From Callorhinchus milii (Eukaryota): a stretch of 64,000 nt of DNA. Below the pieces are notes generated by a model, which had not been told where the DNA came from, did not search any database, and saw only the letters and a list, made by a program, of their open reading frames with translations. The stretch lies in contig NW_024704754.1 of the NCBI RefSeq assembly GCF_018977255.1, positions 12,834,001-12,898,000 on the forward strand, given 5' to 3'. Of this stretch, positions 24,041 through 35,905 are shown piece by piece (position 1 is the first letter of the stretch; every line of letters begins with the position of its first letter). A program made the position numbers and the translations under genes.

Positions 24041-24534
24041 TAAGCAAGTGCTCTAACCACCGAGCTACAGGCTTTGTGGAGTCCACTTTGCCATCAGATT
24101 TCTAGGAAGTAATGTAATGGTGACACCAGATCTCACGGTGTACTGGAGTTTGAATGGTGAATTACAGAGTTTATTAGCTTCCCCGTGGTACAGTTGGGAC
24201 TATTATGAAGTTATTAAGCAGAATTATTTTGGAATTAAACACTGCAGGTAGATGGGGGTTGGGGGGCGAACAGTCACTTTGACAAAAAATATATTATATA
24301 AGTAAAATTATGTAAATGAATCAGCAAATCCCTTTATGGCTCAACATGTTTATCCAGGGTAAGAACAAAGTCTGTGCTGAGGTTAATTGATCTCATCTCT
24401 AGTCTCTGGATTACTGGAGGAAATCATCAGCCAGGTTTTCCCACTCTGCATTGCTAGCCAAGAACCCATGCTGTTGATTATGTGTGGTGTATGTATGCAT
24501 ATGTCTGTGTGTATGCACATGTGCTCTAATCCCA

Positions 24535-24830
24535 TAAATAATAATCCTTGCACTTAACATAGTTCCTTTTACCTCTGGAGGATGTTTGCAGGATTGTTGG
24601 CTTGCGCACCAGGAGAAATGCCCTTGACCTTCCTGAATCATGCCACAGAATCATTAACGTTCATGTGAACAGGGAGACAGGACCTCGGTTTAACGTCTCA
24701 TCAACAGGATAGTATCTACAACAATTCAGCACACCTCCAGGACTTCAATGGAGTGTCAGCCTAAACTATATGAGTTCAAAGTCTCAATGAGGGGCTTCAG
24801 CCCACAAACCTCTGCCTTATAGATGAGATG
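24535..24830 (-). mobile_element. Old Deu-domain SINE
   Basis: acaggacctcggtttaacgtctcatc..ggagtgtcagcctaaacta..cccacaaacctctg. Confidence 0.7.
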
Positions 24831-24874
24831 AGGTGGTTGAGTGTAATCAGTGTTGGTGGAACTATACATGGTCC

Positions 24875-25060
24875 TCAAGTGAGGGCAGGATTTGGCTCAG
24901 CAGCAATGCTCCTCATGATCAAATAACCTAAGGACACTCACTGTAAAGCTTCACACCAACAGTCATACAGTGTGGACTGGGTTTAGAGAGAGTGATCAGG
25001 GAACCATACCCCCAATGGAAGGAGTCCCGAGATTTTGAAGAAAAAAGGGGAGGAAAATTA
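24875..25060 (+). mobile_element. AmnSINE2-like 3' half
   Basis: gtgagggcaggatttggctcagc..gacactcactgt..ggaaccataccccaa..ggagtc..ggggaggaaaatt. Confidence 0.55.
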
Positions 25061-25869
25061 GTTTACAAATTGCCAAATAAAAAAAGAATTGATTAGAAAC
25101 AAATTAAGTTGTTTCTTAATCACTGCAGTTCTCCTTTAAATTTTTGTTCCTTTTTTTATAAAAATGAAAGTAACTTGTCCTTAACTTCCCTGGAATCAAC
25201 TGCACCAAACAAACCACCTTCTCATTTGGAACAGAGTTGGAAGGTTGCAGCGTTAGACGTGCCCAGTACGGAGAGACCTACTTTTTGTTTCAAGGTGAAT
25301 ATTCATGAGCACGCGCAGGAGGGTGAGCTCACGGTATTAAAAACAGAAGCATGGACAACTGTCTGGGCTGCCTAAAGTTTAGCACAAACTTTTAAAAAGT
25401 AAACAGGTTTAAACGCAAAGACTTGTACTAAACACTCCCTAAAGAATAAGGATACATTTCAAAAGAGGCCTCTATAACACATGACCTGAATGGCAACATC
25501 CCCCCTTATCCCCATCACTTCCCTGCAGTTCTAATAGCGTCAGGGTGACTTCAATGTACGTGCAGCTGACTTAAGCATCAAGTATTTATTTTCGTCCACT
25601 GCAATCTTCTTCTAATAGCGACTCTTTTTTGGCAAATGCACTGATTACAAAACTAGGACACGATGAGTGACCTTGTAGTGAAAGACAACTGACAACCAAC
25701 AATTTTGGAGGGCATTTAATTGTAACTTCAGAACTTAATGGTATTTTTTTTGGTCAAACGTTTTTTCCAGCGAGTCTTGGTTGTATTTCTTTGCTCTTCT
25801 ATAAAGGCGGCCCCTTTCACCCACTCTCTTTGTCTGATTCCTTCTTGGCATTTTATTTTCTTCCTTGTC

Positions 25870-25985
25870 TATGGTCACTGATGTCAATTACTGGCACCCA
25901 ACAACTACCCCAGCTGAGTTCGGTTAACTCAGCACAGATCGGAATTCAAACTTGCGACCTTCCTGGTCTCTGCGGCCTAATTTTG
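25870..25985 (-). mobile_element. AmnSINE2-like 5' part
   Basis: ccccagctgagttcggttaactcagcacaga..gaccttcctggtctctgcggc. Confidence 0.6.
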
Positions 25986-26249
25986 TATCAACATATTCTG
26001 TCATTGATGCTGTTTGGTAATACTAGTAATGTTTCCTAATTCCCATTTATAAGCAAGAATTGAAACTTTCATTAACTCCACGTAGAGAGCGTGATAAGCC
26101 AAATCTGAGTCAACCTCTACATCAGCTGGGTCTTATAAATAAAAATAGCTTTTCAATTAATTTTCAGGCAGATGTGTTATATACAGTACCTGCTTGGTTT
26201 AAGAATTTCCGATCCGCCTTTTAAATAAATAAATATGTCTTAAAAAAAC

Positions 26250-26435
26250 ATAATAATGATTTGGCCACTCAATCCACGACTGTTTGTGGGACACTGCTGT
26301 GCGCAATTGGCTGCCACGTTTCGCCCACAAAATGCATAGTCACTGCACTTTGCAGTATATTCTGTGAAGCGCTTTGAGACATCTCAAGGCGCTGTATCAA
26401 ACGCAAGGATTATTATTATTATTATTTTTATTATT
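26250..26435 (+). mobile_element. 5'-truncated young SINE
   Basis: ttggccactcaatccacgactgtttgtgggacactgctgtgcgcaattggctgcc..gattattattatt. Confidence 0.9.
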
Positions 26436-27273
26436 AAATATTTAAATAAATAAATAAAGACATTTGTCCATCCTCCAATGACAAAAATTCCAATAGAGAA
26501 TAATTTTATTGAAGCAATTTGCTTACAAATTATAAGCAACGCTTAAAATAAAGGTGTATATCAGAATAGAATTGTTGAACTTGTTACTAAAATAGTTATA
26601 GATTTATTCTGTGTCCATATCTTCCTCTATATATAACACAAGCAAAGCAGAGCAGTTAACGAGACTGTTGTTCTACTTAAACTATCTTCTGGTGAGATAG
26701 TTTATCTGATCTGGTAACATAGCTGCATGAAGACACTATGCGCCTGGATGTGTCTTGACATTAATAACACTAGTAATAACAGTAATAATGTGATAGAATA
26801 GTAATAAATATCAGTAGCACAGTTCTGCAAGTATAGACTCCAGCTGAAGCTCCTCTGGAACCGTACACCAGCCTTCAGGAGTGATTTAGAGTTACCCATT
26901 AGTCCACTTCTCTAAAGCTAAATAATCCAGAGCAATTTGTCCCTATTTTTCCATCCTCAACTTTTCCTGGAGCAACTATCTCTAATTTTAATTCTGTCAT
27001 GTCTTGTGGATTTGTACACTGGACCAGATCTTTTGACCCCATGTGTTATTAGATATGAGTCTGTCGACTGACCTTGCTCAGGCAAGGTTAGCTCTGAGCT
27101 GGTCTTGGACACATCACTTATAATTGCTTTTAATCCAAAAAAAAAGTCTGGAGACAGGTACGTTGTGTACTGGATTGTACAGAACTCCAGAACTGTGGAC
27201 AACATGTGAGTGTGGAGAGGTTGGTCTTGGCCCAATTAACTCCCAAAGGAGTTAATCCTGTAGTCCTGTAGCT

Positions 27274-27572
27274 GGAGTCCTGTAGCTCAATGGTTAGAGC
27301 ACTCGCTTTGCAAGAGAGAGAACTGAGTTCAATTCCAGGCAGAGGGCGAAACCTTGGGCAAATTTCCTTACTCCACACAGAGCCTAATAATAATCCCTCC
27401 AAAAAACAAAACAATAATAAATTAGTCATTTTCAATCCATGACTGTTTGTGGGACATTGCTGTGCGCAATTGGCTGCTGCGTTCGCCCACAAATGTACAG
27501 TCAATTCACTTTACAGTATATTCTGTGAAGCGCTTTGGGACGTCTCAAATGCAAGGATTACTATTATTATTA
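27274..27572 (+). mobile_element. Young SINE, short form lacking the central segment
   Basis: ggagtcctgtagctcaatggttagagc head, aaaccttgggcaa, then directly taataataatccc and the Deu end plus tail. Confidence 0.9.
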
Positions 27573-28539
27573 AAGAATTAAACATAACTGGGAGTCTGTT
27601 CGAGGAAGTGGTGGGTGGGGGGAAACGTGAGATGGCGAGAAGGTTATCACTGAATAATGTTCAGCACAGGAATGTTCCACAACATTTCTCACTCTTATAT
27701 TATTTTTTTTCTCAAGAATGTGTCCAGTTTCCTGCTAAATGTAGCAATGCATTCTGCCATTTGTGGATTGCTACAGCAGGGGAACCAGCCCAAGCATAGG
27801 CGCTGTAGGGTGGATGGCTTCCATAAGTGATGTATATATTCTAAGGGGTTAATTGTCTTTAACCCCGAATAGGAACTCCTTCAGCTAGAATTGCATTGCG
27901 CAAGTCACACTGACTCAAGAGAACTCAACCCTGAAAATGTGTGGAGTGACACTAATACTCGTCAGCATCACATGGATTTCCACACTTTTGGATTAAGATA
28001 CCGCAAAATTGAGCACTTTGATGTTATATGAGACGGTTTGTTTTTGAACAGTCAAACAGATTCAGTGTCCTTTTGTTCAGATTGGGATGTTTATCATGGC
28101 ATAACATTTTATGGTCAATTATATTGAGTTTCTTTAATGAACAGACCTTTTTGCGAGGTGCTTTGTAGGCAAACAGATTTTTAGTTGCTACTAATGTGCA
28201 CAATAAAAATGAGTTCCAATTAAAAAACTGCATCTGAAAAAAAGTATATATATTATAATAATCATTACATTTGATATAGTGCCTTTTGCGTCGGAAGTAT
28301 GTCCTAAAGTGCTTCAAGGATATAATGCAGAGTGCAGTGACCATGTGTTTTGTAGGCAAAAATATATATGTATATATTAATGCATGAGCCACCTGATTTC
28401 TTTCTTACTATTGCCTTTTGGCCTCCTCGTTTTGTTTCCACGCAACTTTAGAAGCTTCAATATTATTTACTTTTTGCAACATTACTTGGTTCTTGTGTCT
28501 AGTCTCGGACTTTTAATCTGATTATTATTGTCTGTTGGT

Positions 28540-29060
28540 AACAAAAAAAAGTAAAAACTATGCTGAGAAGTTTGGCTGAATCTGTTAGCGCAGCTTCGGC
28601 TTTTGATAGCTTTGAAACCAAGCCATAAAAAGGGCAGTACATTTGTAAATCAAGCCATCGGAAAGTGACGTGTAACATTTTCAGTGTGATACGTAACCCG
28701 GCTCACCAACACATGGCTGAATGAAATAATGAACAAAGGATAGTCTGCAGGATTACTTCCATCGGCGTTTTTTGCGCGTCTGGAAGTCCAGACTAGATGG
28801 GCTGTTCATTAGTACATTTCTTTCCTGCAGTTGGACATAGTTTGTCAGTAACAGCAGCACACATGGGCCAGTTAGCTCATTAACCAAGCTCTAATGAACG
28901 CTATCAAAGCTGGTGTGAGTTGACAAATGCTGGGAGAGTAAGCACTGAGCGGAGATCGGGGTAGACAGGTGAAGTGCATCTCTCACACTGCGCTCAGTTC
29001 AGCAGGACCTTTCAGCTGCTCCAAATTGAAAAGATTGTTTAAATCGTTATAATAATTTGT
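28540..29060. promoter_or_regulatory. Candidate enhancer or conserved non-coding element
   Basis: Repeat-free, visibly CpG-retaining; TCF/LEF-like TTTGAT and ATCAAAG, SOX-like AACAAAG, TGACGT. Confidence 0.35.
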
Positions 29061-29136
29061 TAATGCCTTTAACTCATTCACTGCCAGGCCTGGCACATTG
29101 AGACACTGTTCCTTGTGTCACTGCTTCCAGACATTT

Positions 29137-29310
29137 ATAATAATTCTTGCATATGATATAATGCCTCATCGAGGTGTCTCAAAGCGCTTCAGAATATACT
29201 GTAAAGTGAATTGACTGTGTATTTTGTGCACGAAACGTGGCAGCCAATTGCGCACAGAAGCGTCCCACAAAGAGTCGTGGATTGAGTGACCACTTTTTTT
29301 TAATAATTAT
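29137..29310 (-). mobile_element. 5'-truncated young SINE
   Basis: Tail plus gcagccaattgcgcacag..cccacaaagagtcgtggattgagtgacc. Confidence 0.88.
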
Positions 29311-29439
29311 CCTTGATGAGTTATCACATCATCAAAGAGCAGGAAGTTGTCTATCCATTCATAGGTCTGGGAGTGAACCCTCGGAGCTGTATGAAAGCAG
29401 GTTGATTTTAAACTGCATTTTGTATATTTTGTGATATCC

Positions 29440-29730
29440 TTCTCTCTTGAAGGCATTGATTCTGATGTGGGGCTCTAATACCTCATTCAAATAGATATTT
29501 TTTTGTGAGGCCAGACATTGAGTGTTGGCAGGTTATGGGGGTATCACAGCTGAGTCACACACATCTTCCATCGGGAAGAGAGGAGGGTGTCAGTGAATTG
29601 TGATCAGGAGGTGGAAAAAGGGTGACGATTCTCTTCCCAAAGAGATCAAGACCAGTTGTAGTGTGAACCATTGCCCCAGGTAATGGCTATCTCTGCAGAT
29701 CTTAATGGTCTGTATGGCTCAGCTTTGTAT
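29440..29730 (-). mobile_element. AmnSINE2-like ancient SINE
   Basis: ctcttgaaggcattgattc..tgagtgttggcagg..atcacagctgag..gtgatcaggag..tggtctgtatggctcag. Confidence 0.55.
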
Positions 29731-29958
29731 CCTCATAATCCTTGGTATTGCCCAAAGAGGAGGTAAACACATGCTAACAGCTCGCATACTTTACATTCCT
29801 TTTATAAGCATGGAATGAAAGTTCACCACCTCTACAAGTCCAAGGCTTTATTTGATAAAGTCAAACCTTTTACACCTCATTTTATACAGAAGTAATTTGT
29901 AGGAATGAATTGGATCTATCTGTTCAATTTTAGAGTATCTAGTCTCTTAAAACAAATG

Positions 29959-30093
29959 TAATAATAATTGTTGTATTTAATATAGCACCTCATCACGTCA
30001 TTGAGACTCTCAAAGCCCTTCACAGAATATATATCTAAAGTGACTGTATATTTTGTGGGCAAAACGCGGCAGCCAATTGCGTACAGCAGTGTC
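29959..30093 (-). mobile_element. 5'-truncated young SINE
   Basis: Tail plus aaacgcggcagccaattgcgtacagcagtgtcc. Confidence 0.88.
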
Positions 30094-31732
30094 CTGGTGT
30101 ACAACACTTGTCCATCCTCCCATTACAATCCTGAATTGGATCATCGTTTTGTAGCAATTTGCTTACACATTGTAACCAGCACATGAAATAAAGTTTTAAA
30201 ATCAGAATAGAATTGATTGACTTGTTTCAAAAATAGCTATAAATCTCTTTTGTGTCTGTACCTTTCTGCATTTATAACACCAGCAAAGCCCAGCAGTTAG
30301 AGGCTTTTATTGTTCTTAAGTGCAAGTTATATGCTCAAATCCTTGTTTTTAAAGAAAATGGGTAAGAGTAGATATTTGTTTATTACTTAGAATTAAGTCA
30401 TGTTTAGTTAAAATGTTAAAATAGGAAAAGGCCAAATGAGAGATTGGGAGATTAAGACAAAACTATAGAGAAAACTATAAGACAAAGCAAAGTCTTTACA
30501 TTATTTTATTTGTAAGAATACTTTAAGGGGGTATTGCTCTACATGGCAGTAAGTTTAAAGCACCTTGATACGTAAGAAGTTGTAATCTAATTGCACTTTG
30601 TCAACATGCATTAAAAGTATTACCAACATCTTTAATAGTGCACTGTAGAGCAATGTCCCCATGATATAACTCCCGATACTTGTAGCTTTATTGATGTAGT
30701 GTTTCTCTGACCATTGTGGTGTGTGAGCCAAAAATGGGTCAGCCCAGGGGGATTTACTAGTTCACTGGACCTGCCAGCATTCTGAGGGTTAATGTGCAAT
30801 TTGCCATTTCTTACTGGTATGTAAATCTGTCGCAAGGAAATGGAGTGCAATTAGCCAACTGAACAGAATGGTGGAATTGTTCACCACTTAAAGCGTAAGC
30901 GTGCTTGAAGTATTCTGTTTATCTCAAGAACATGGTCGATGAGGGATTGTTTTAAACGCTGTGATCTTTCCTCCCCTCCTCTTTATAATCTTCCCCATTA
31001 AGAGTCTTTTCTCGGATGTTATCATGCTCACATTTAGCAAGGCACCAAGAACATCTCCTGCACGTCCATTAGCACAAAGATTAGTGTCTTAAAAGTGGAA
31101 GGAAGAGCTTCAAAGCATTTTTCATTTCATTCTGCATGAATATTAATTTTGGGAAGGATTCAGAATAGACAATGTTACCGCACCTAGAAAGATGACATCA
31201 AGTCTATTAGAGTACAGTTCTTCCTGGAACGGTTTATTTGGGAGGCAGCCAAACAGCACATTAAAGTAATGGCCATCTTACACAAAACTCCAATTAACTA
31301 TCATTAAGATTACAGAGCACAGCCTTGCCATACTCATTCCGATGCCGTGCTCCACTGGGAAGCCCACTTATTCCCCAATTTCTGTAATATTGACCGAAAT
31401 GAAGGAAGAGATGTTGATTTTTAAGGAGTGCCTCATTTAATTATTAAACTTTTAAAAAAAAATCACCAGCAATTTTCTTCACGACGCCTCCTCTCCTCGT
31501 GGCATTTTGTCTCATTTGTTTCCTTCTTAGGTGTGTTTGCACAGCCCCATTATTCATTTGGAATCTGTGTACGTTATTTGACCATTTGGGGGCATTTCAG
31601 CCAAGCTTGATCCTGTCTTTACCTGGCACAAACCTTCCAGGATGGTTCATTGGTTAGCAATGAGGAGCAGAGATCCAGGAAGGTTTCCATCTCCCTAACC
31701 CAGTGTTGCTCAGCCGAGTAAAGACTTGTGAG

Positions 31733-31945
31733 TTTTGCCTACAAAATACTCAGTCAAATCCACTTTACAATATATTCTGTGAAGCACTTTGAGACTTCTC
31801 AATGACATGATAAACATTATTATAAAGCTAATATAATACAATAACAATAATCCTTGCATTGGATATAGCGCCTTATCACATCTTCAAGATGTCTCAAAGC
31901 TGTTCACAGAATATACTGTAAAGTGTGGTGACTGTTTATTTGTAG
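31733..31945. mobile_element. Two SINE tails in tail-to-tail inverted orientation
   Basis: cactttacaatatattctgtgaagcactttgagac (+) faces gtctcaaagctgttcacagaatatactgtaaagtg (-). Confidence 0.85.
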
Positions 31946-32479
31946 CTAACTCACAAATGCAAGAGTCTAACCTGACAAGATCAGGTCAGATAAAAAAGAT
32001 GTTTTGGTCTCATCCTTCCAGAACACCCACAGTATCAAGCCAGTGTCCTGGCCTCAACCACCCTTCCTGGCACCTGTTCCGGTTATTAATTACCTTCTGG
32101 GTAAATAAATATTTTTTTATATATATCCTGATAGTTCCCTTTGTAACTCTAAACTCTTGCTCTGCTGTCTTTCTGCAGGGCTGCATAGCTATAGCTCACT
32201 GGATAAACAGACTGAGCCATTGGGTGAGCTAAAACTTTTAATTTGAAAGATTGTGTCAGGCTGTTTCAGTTGGTAGACATGTCGCCCCTGAGTCAAAAGC
32301 TGTGGATAAATTAGCTACTTAATTTGCCCACAAAATACACAGTCACTCCACTTTACTCTATATTTTGTGAAGCACTTTGGGATGTTCTAGCAAATGTGCT
32401 CCAGCAAATGTAAGCGTTATTATTATTATACACTTTCCCGAAGACACAATTCAAGTCATGGAAAGTGAAAGGGATTAAA

Positions 32480-32700
32480 AAGTACCTTCAATAAAGAACT
32501 TGGAATCCAGCCCAGAGGAATGGAATGAAAATCTCCTCTCTTTGACTAAGAAACGGAACTAAGCCAATGTTTTGAACTGTCTCAGCCTAGTAACTAGTGC
32601 GTGCGAGTCTATAGGACATCAGTGTCTACAACTTGGCACTAATTGGCAGTGTTATTCACAGGAGCTACAAGGCAGCTGGTGAGGGAAATGGAATCACCAT
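32480..32700 (+). mobile_element. LF-SINE-like ancient SINE
   Basis: gaatccagcccag..gaaaatctc..gtctcagcctagtaactagtg..acaacttggcactaattggca, in the recalled LF-SINE consensus order. Confidence 0.6.
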
Positions 32701-32842
32701 TCTAGTACTTTCCTGAGGTTGTAGTTAACATACATTTCATTTGCCAGCACTGTCATCCCTCACCTTGATAAGCCCAAATGCATCGAAAATAAATACATAT
32801 ATAATTCACTCACAAGATGAGTCATGAACGGCAAAAGGCTAA

Positions 32843-33235
32843 TTGTAGCTCAATGGTTAGAGCACTCGCCTCGCAAGTGAGAGTCTCGGGTTCGATTCCC
32901 AGCAGGGTGAAATGTTGGGCAAGTTTCCTTACTCCACCTGCCTTTTTACTTAGCAGTAAGTAGGAACCTGGTTGTTAGTCGATTGGCAGATCGCTTTTCC
33001 GAGGGTAATAATTCCTTTACAAAAAATAAAGATAATAATAATAAATTGGTAACTCAATCCACAACTGTTTGTGGGACACTGCTCTGCGCAATTGACTGCT
33101 GCGTTTTGTCTGCAAAAATATACAGTCAATTCACTTTACAGTATATTCTGTGAAGCATGTTCAGACGTCTCAAAGACGTGATAAGGCAAGGATTATTATT
33201 ATTTTGATCAAATGCAAGGATTATTATTATTATTA
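32843..33235 (+). mobile_element. Full-length young SINE, long form, intact A and B boxes
   Basis: TAGCTCAATGGTTAGAGC and GGTTCGATTCCC; doubled gcaaggattattatt tail. Confidence 0.93.
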
Positions 33236-33486
33236 AACTGAAATGTAATTAAGGCAAATAACTCTATGGATCAGAATTGTCCCCCACTGCCCTATTTTAA
33301 ACTTTGCAGTTAGAATTCTGATGCAGGATCATCACAAAAATGTTAGCCTGTCTTTCAAATGCTGACTGCCTTGCTCTGCGTTTTCTGGTTTTATTTTAGG
33401 TTTCCATTATTCCCTATTTTGTAATCTCTGCTGATCAGAAGCAGCCAACATTCTGAGTGCACCTCCACCTTCCGCAGATTACGTAC

Positions 33487-33800
33487 TACAACAACCAAAT
33501 TACATTTATAGAGCGCCTTTCATGTCGGGAGGAAGTCCCAAAGCGCTGAACAGTCAGGTGTCGGGGCCCGAGCATGGAGGAGGGGTGGTGTAGGGTTGAG
33601 GGAAGGCAGAGAGGTGGAAGGGCGACCAAAGGCACGGTCGAAGAGAAGGGTCTTGAGACCGGCCTTGAAGGAGGCAAGGAAGGAAGCGAGGCAGAGGGAC
33701 CGTGAGATGGAGTTCCAGAGTATGGGTGCAGAGAGGCTGAAGCCCGGCCACCGATGGTAGGGCGGGTAAGGCAGGAGACATGGACTTACTAATATGGCCT
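33487..33800 (-). mobile_element. L2 LINE 3' fragment
   Basis: acaacaac..gagcgcctttcatgtcgggaggaagtcccaaagcgctg..gcacggtcgaagag..gagttccagag. Confidence 0.9.
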
Positions 33801-35065
33801 ACAAGCACTAACATATCAATAGGATAGCCTGCAAGCTGTTTGTACATTCATCAAAACAAATATTGCATAGAGTTACATGAGAGATATGGAAACAGACCAT
33901 TTGGCCCAACTAGTCCATGCTGGTGTTTATACTCCACACGAGCATCCTTTATTCCTAATACCCTCTCCTAAATCACTCTGTTCCCTTCTCCCTCATGTAT
34001 ATATTATATTTTCTCTTTTGTAGATTATTCTGGATTGTGAAATATATTGTGAAAATATAATGAATAAAAAATTTGGAGGGTCTGAGCGATTATCACATTG
34101 AATGTGCCAGAGGCAGCCCCTCCCCCACAACCCCGATCTTGGCAATGATGTTGATGTGTGGGAAAATGGAAATTGGATGCCTGGAATGTGATGTTCCAGC
34201 GCTAGTTGGTGGGCTACTGACTTTGGGGTCTTTTAGTTACTAAAAATCTAAGGTTCTGTTCCAGTTGTCCAAATCCAGTTTCTCAGACTTTATCACTGAG
34301 AAATTTGTCCATGAGGCACGGGGTGGGGGGGGTTGGTGGTTCTTACCCTTTTTCTTGTGATAAACTATCACATACACTGCTTGTTTGCTTTTCGTTTGAG
34401 GTCAGAAGGACAATAAAAGTGTCCTTAAAATAAATGGCTTGTTGGGCTCTACACAAAATGAGTTTGGACAATCAGGACTTCAAGACTACAGAACTCCTAA
34501 CTCCCTCAGTCTTCCCTTCCTCCGACTATCTGCAGGCTTTCAAACCCCAAGCTTGGCGTCATCTAACCCCTACTCTTGATTTATCTCTTCCTTTCTCCTA
34601 CTCTTTCCAACCTTGACCTTTCAACCTATAACTTGATTAAATATATATATAGCTCTATGCCAGTGAAAGGAGTTTTTGAATTTGATAGTTGAGGAACTCA
34701 AACTATATAAATAATCCACTGGGAGGAGAATTTTCTCTTTAGCTTAAAAAATTGCTAACACATAGCTATTTCAGAGTTCTTTACAACCAGCTTATGTTTG
34801 GATGCAGGTTCCCTCTTGCTTATGTGTGCCTTGTCCAAATGCAACACAACTACAGTTTACAGTACATTCCGAACTTTGCACAAACCTGCTGAGAATAGTC
34901 AATGTACCACACTATATTCAGTTCAAGGAAGCTGACACTATTTGGACACCCACTGCTCATTTCAGATTATCGGCCACAGTTATAAGAAATCAACAGCCAA
35001 CTCCTTTTATCCAACTGTATTAAACCGTGTCAATAAATCAGAAAGGTGTGTGTATGCTGGCCTGT

Positions 35066-35291
35066 GGGGCCAGGTTTTTGTTTTGTTAGGTATGATATTT
35101 TTGAAAAAAAATTGTCTGTTCCCAAAAGACAATTTCAGGAAAAATCATGGTTATGGAATTTTTCAGCATCCAGTGCAGAAAAGAAGCTGGAAAAGGTAAT
35201 AACCATGAAATTCTGTCAGCTGGTATGACACCTAGTTTCCATGATTTTTCAACACAATACGGTTACAAATCGCCCATCAGGAAATTGCCCA
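35066..35291. mobile_element. Putative palindromic MITE relic
   Basis: Ends ggggccaggtttt / ggaaattgccc; internal catggttat..ttttcagc / gctggaaa..ataaccatg inverted arms. Confidence 0.35.
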
Positions 35292-35439
35292 AGAAAAAAC
35301 AACTTGCAATATAAACTGCATCTCTAACGGGGAACTAACTCCATGTGTTTCTCACTGATTTGCGAGATTCATCTCTAACCCATCAGTCCTGACGTCTCCC
35401 AACTTGAGACATACAAGTGATTCTGTCTAGAAAGATGGA

Positions 35440-35905
35440 GCAAACATGCAACCAAACTTTAGTATACAACTCTAGAAAGGCAAACCTCATGGCTATGAGA
35501 GATGATCTTAGTGAGACAGATTGGGGAGAAACACCACTCAGGGATAATTGAGTTAAGGTTAAATGACATCCATCAAAACCATTCTCTGGTCATGCATGGT
35601 AAGTTCAACAGGGAGAAATGAAATAAAAATCGGAAATTGAAGAAGATAAAAGAAAAACATTAGAATTGATAGGGAGGAGGGGACTCAGTGAGCCAGGAAT
35701 AAAAACATACAGAAGCAATTCACAAAAGAGATTTGTGTAGTCGAGAAGGAAGTGGAAATGGACGTAGCAGCAAATGCAAAACATAACACAAACAAATTCT
35801 TCCAATGCTAACAGAAGAAGCGGAATCAGGGAGGAAGTTAAAAGCTTAAGGGAGCCAAAGGGAGTTGAAAATGAGGATGAGTAGGGGATAGTAAATATGT
35901 TATGT
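35440..35905 (+). mobile_element. Degraded CR1 ORF2 linker region (between endonuclease and RT)
   Basis: Translates to YNSRKANLMAMRDDLSETDW and VAANAKHNTNKFF, resembling the CR1 F.KA......L...DW and LA.N.K.N.K.F motifs. Confidence 0.6.
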
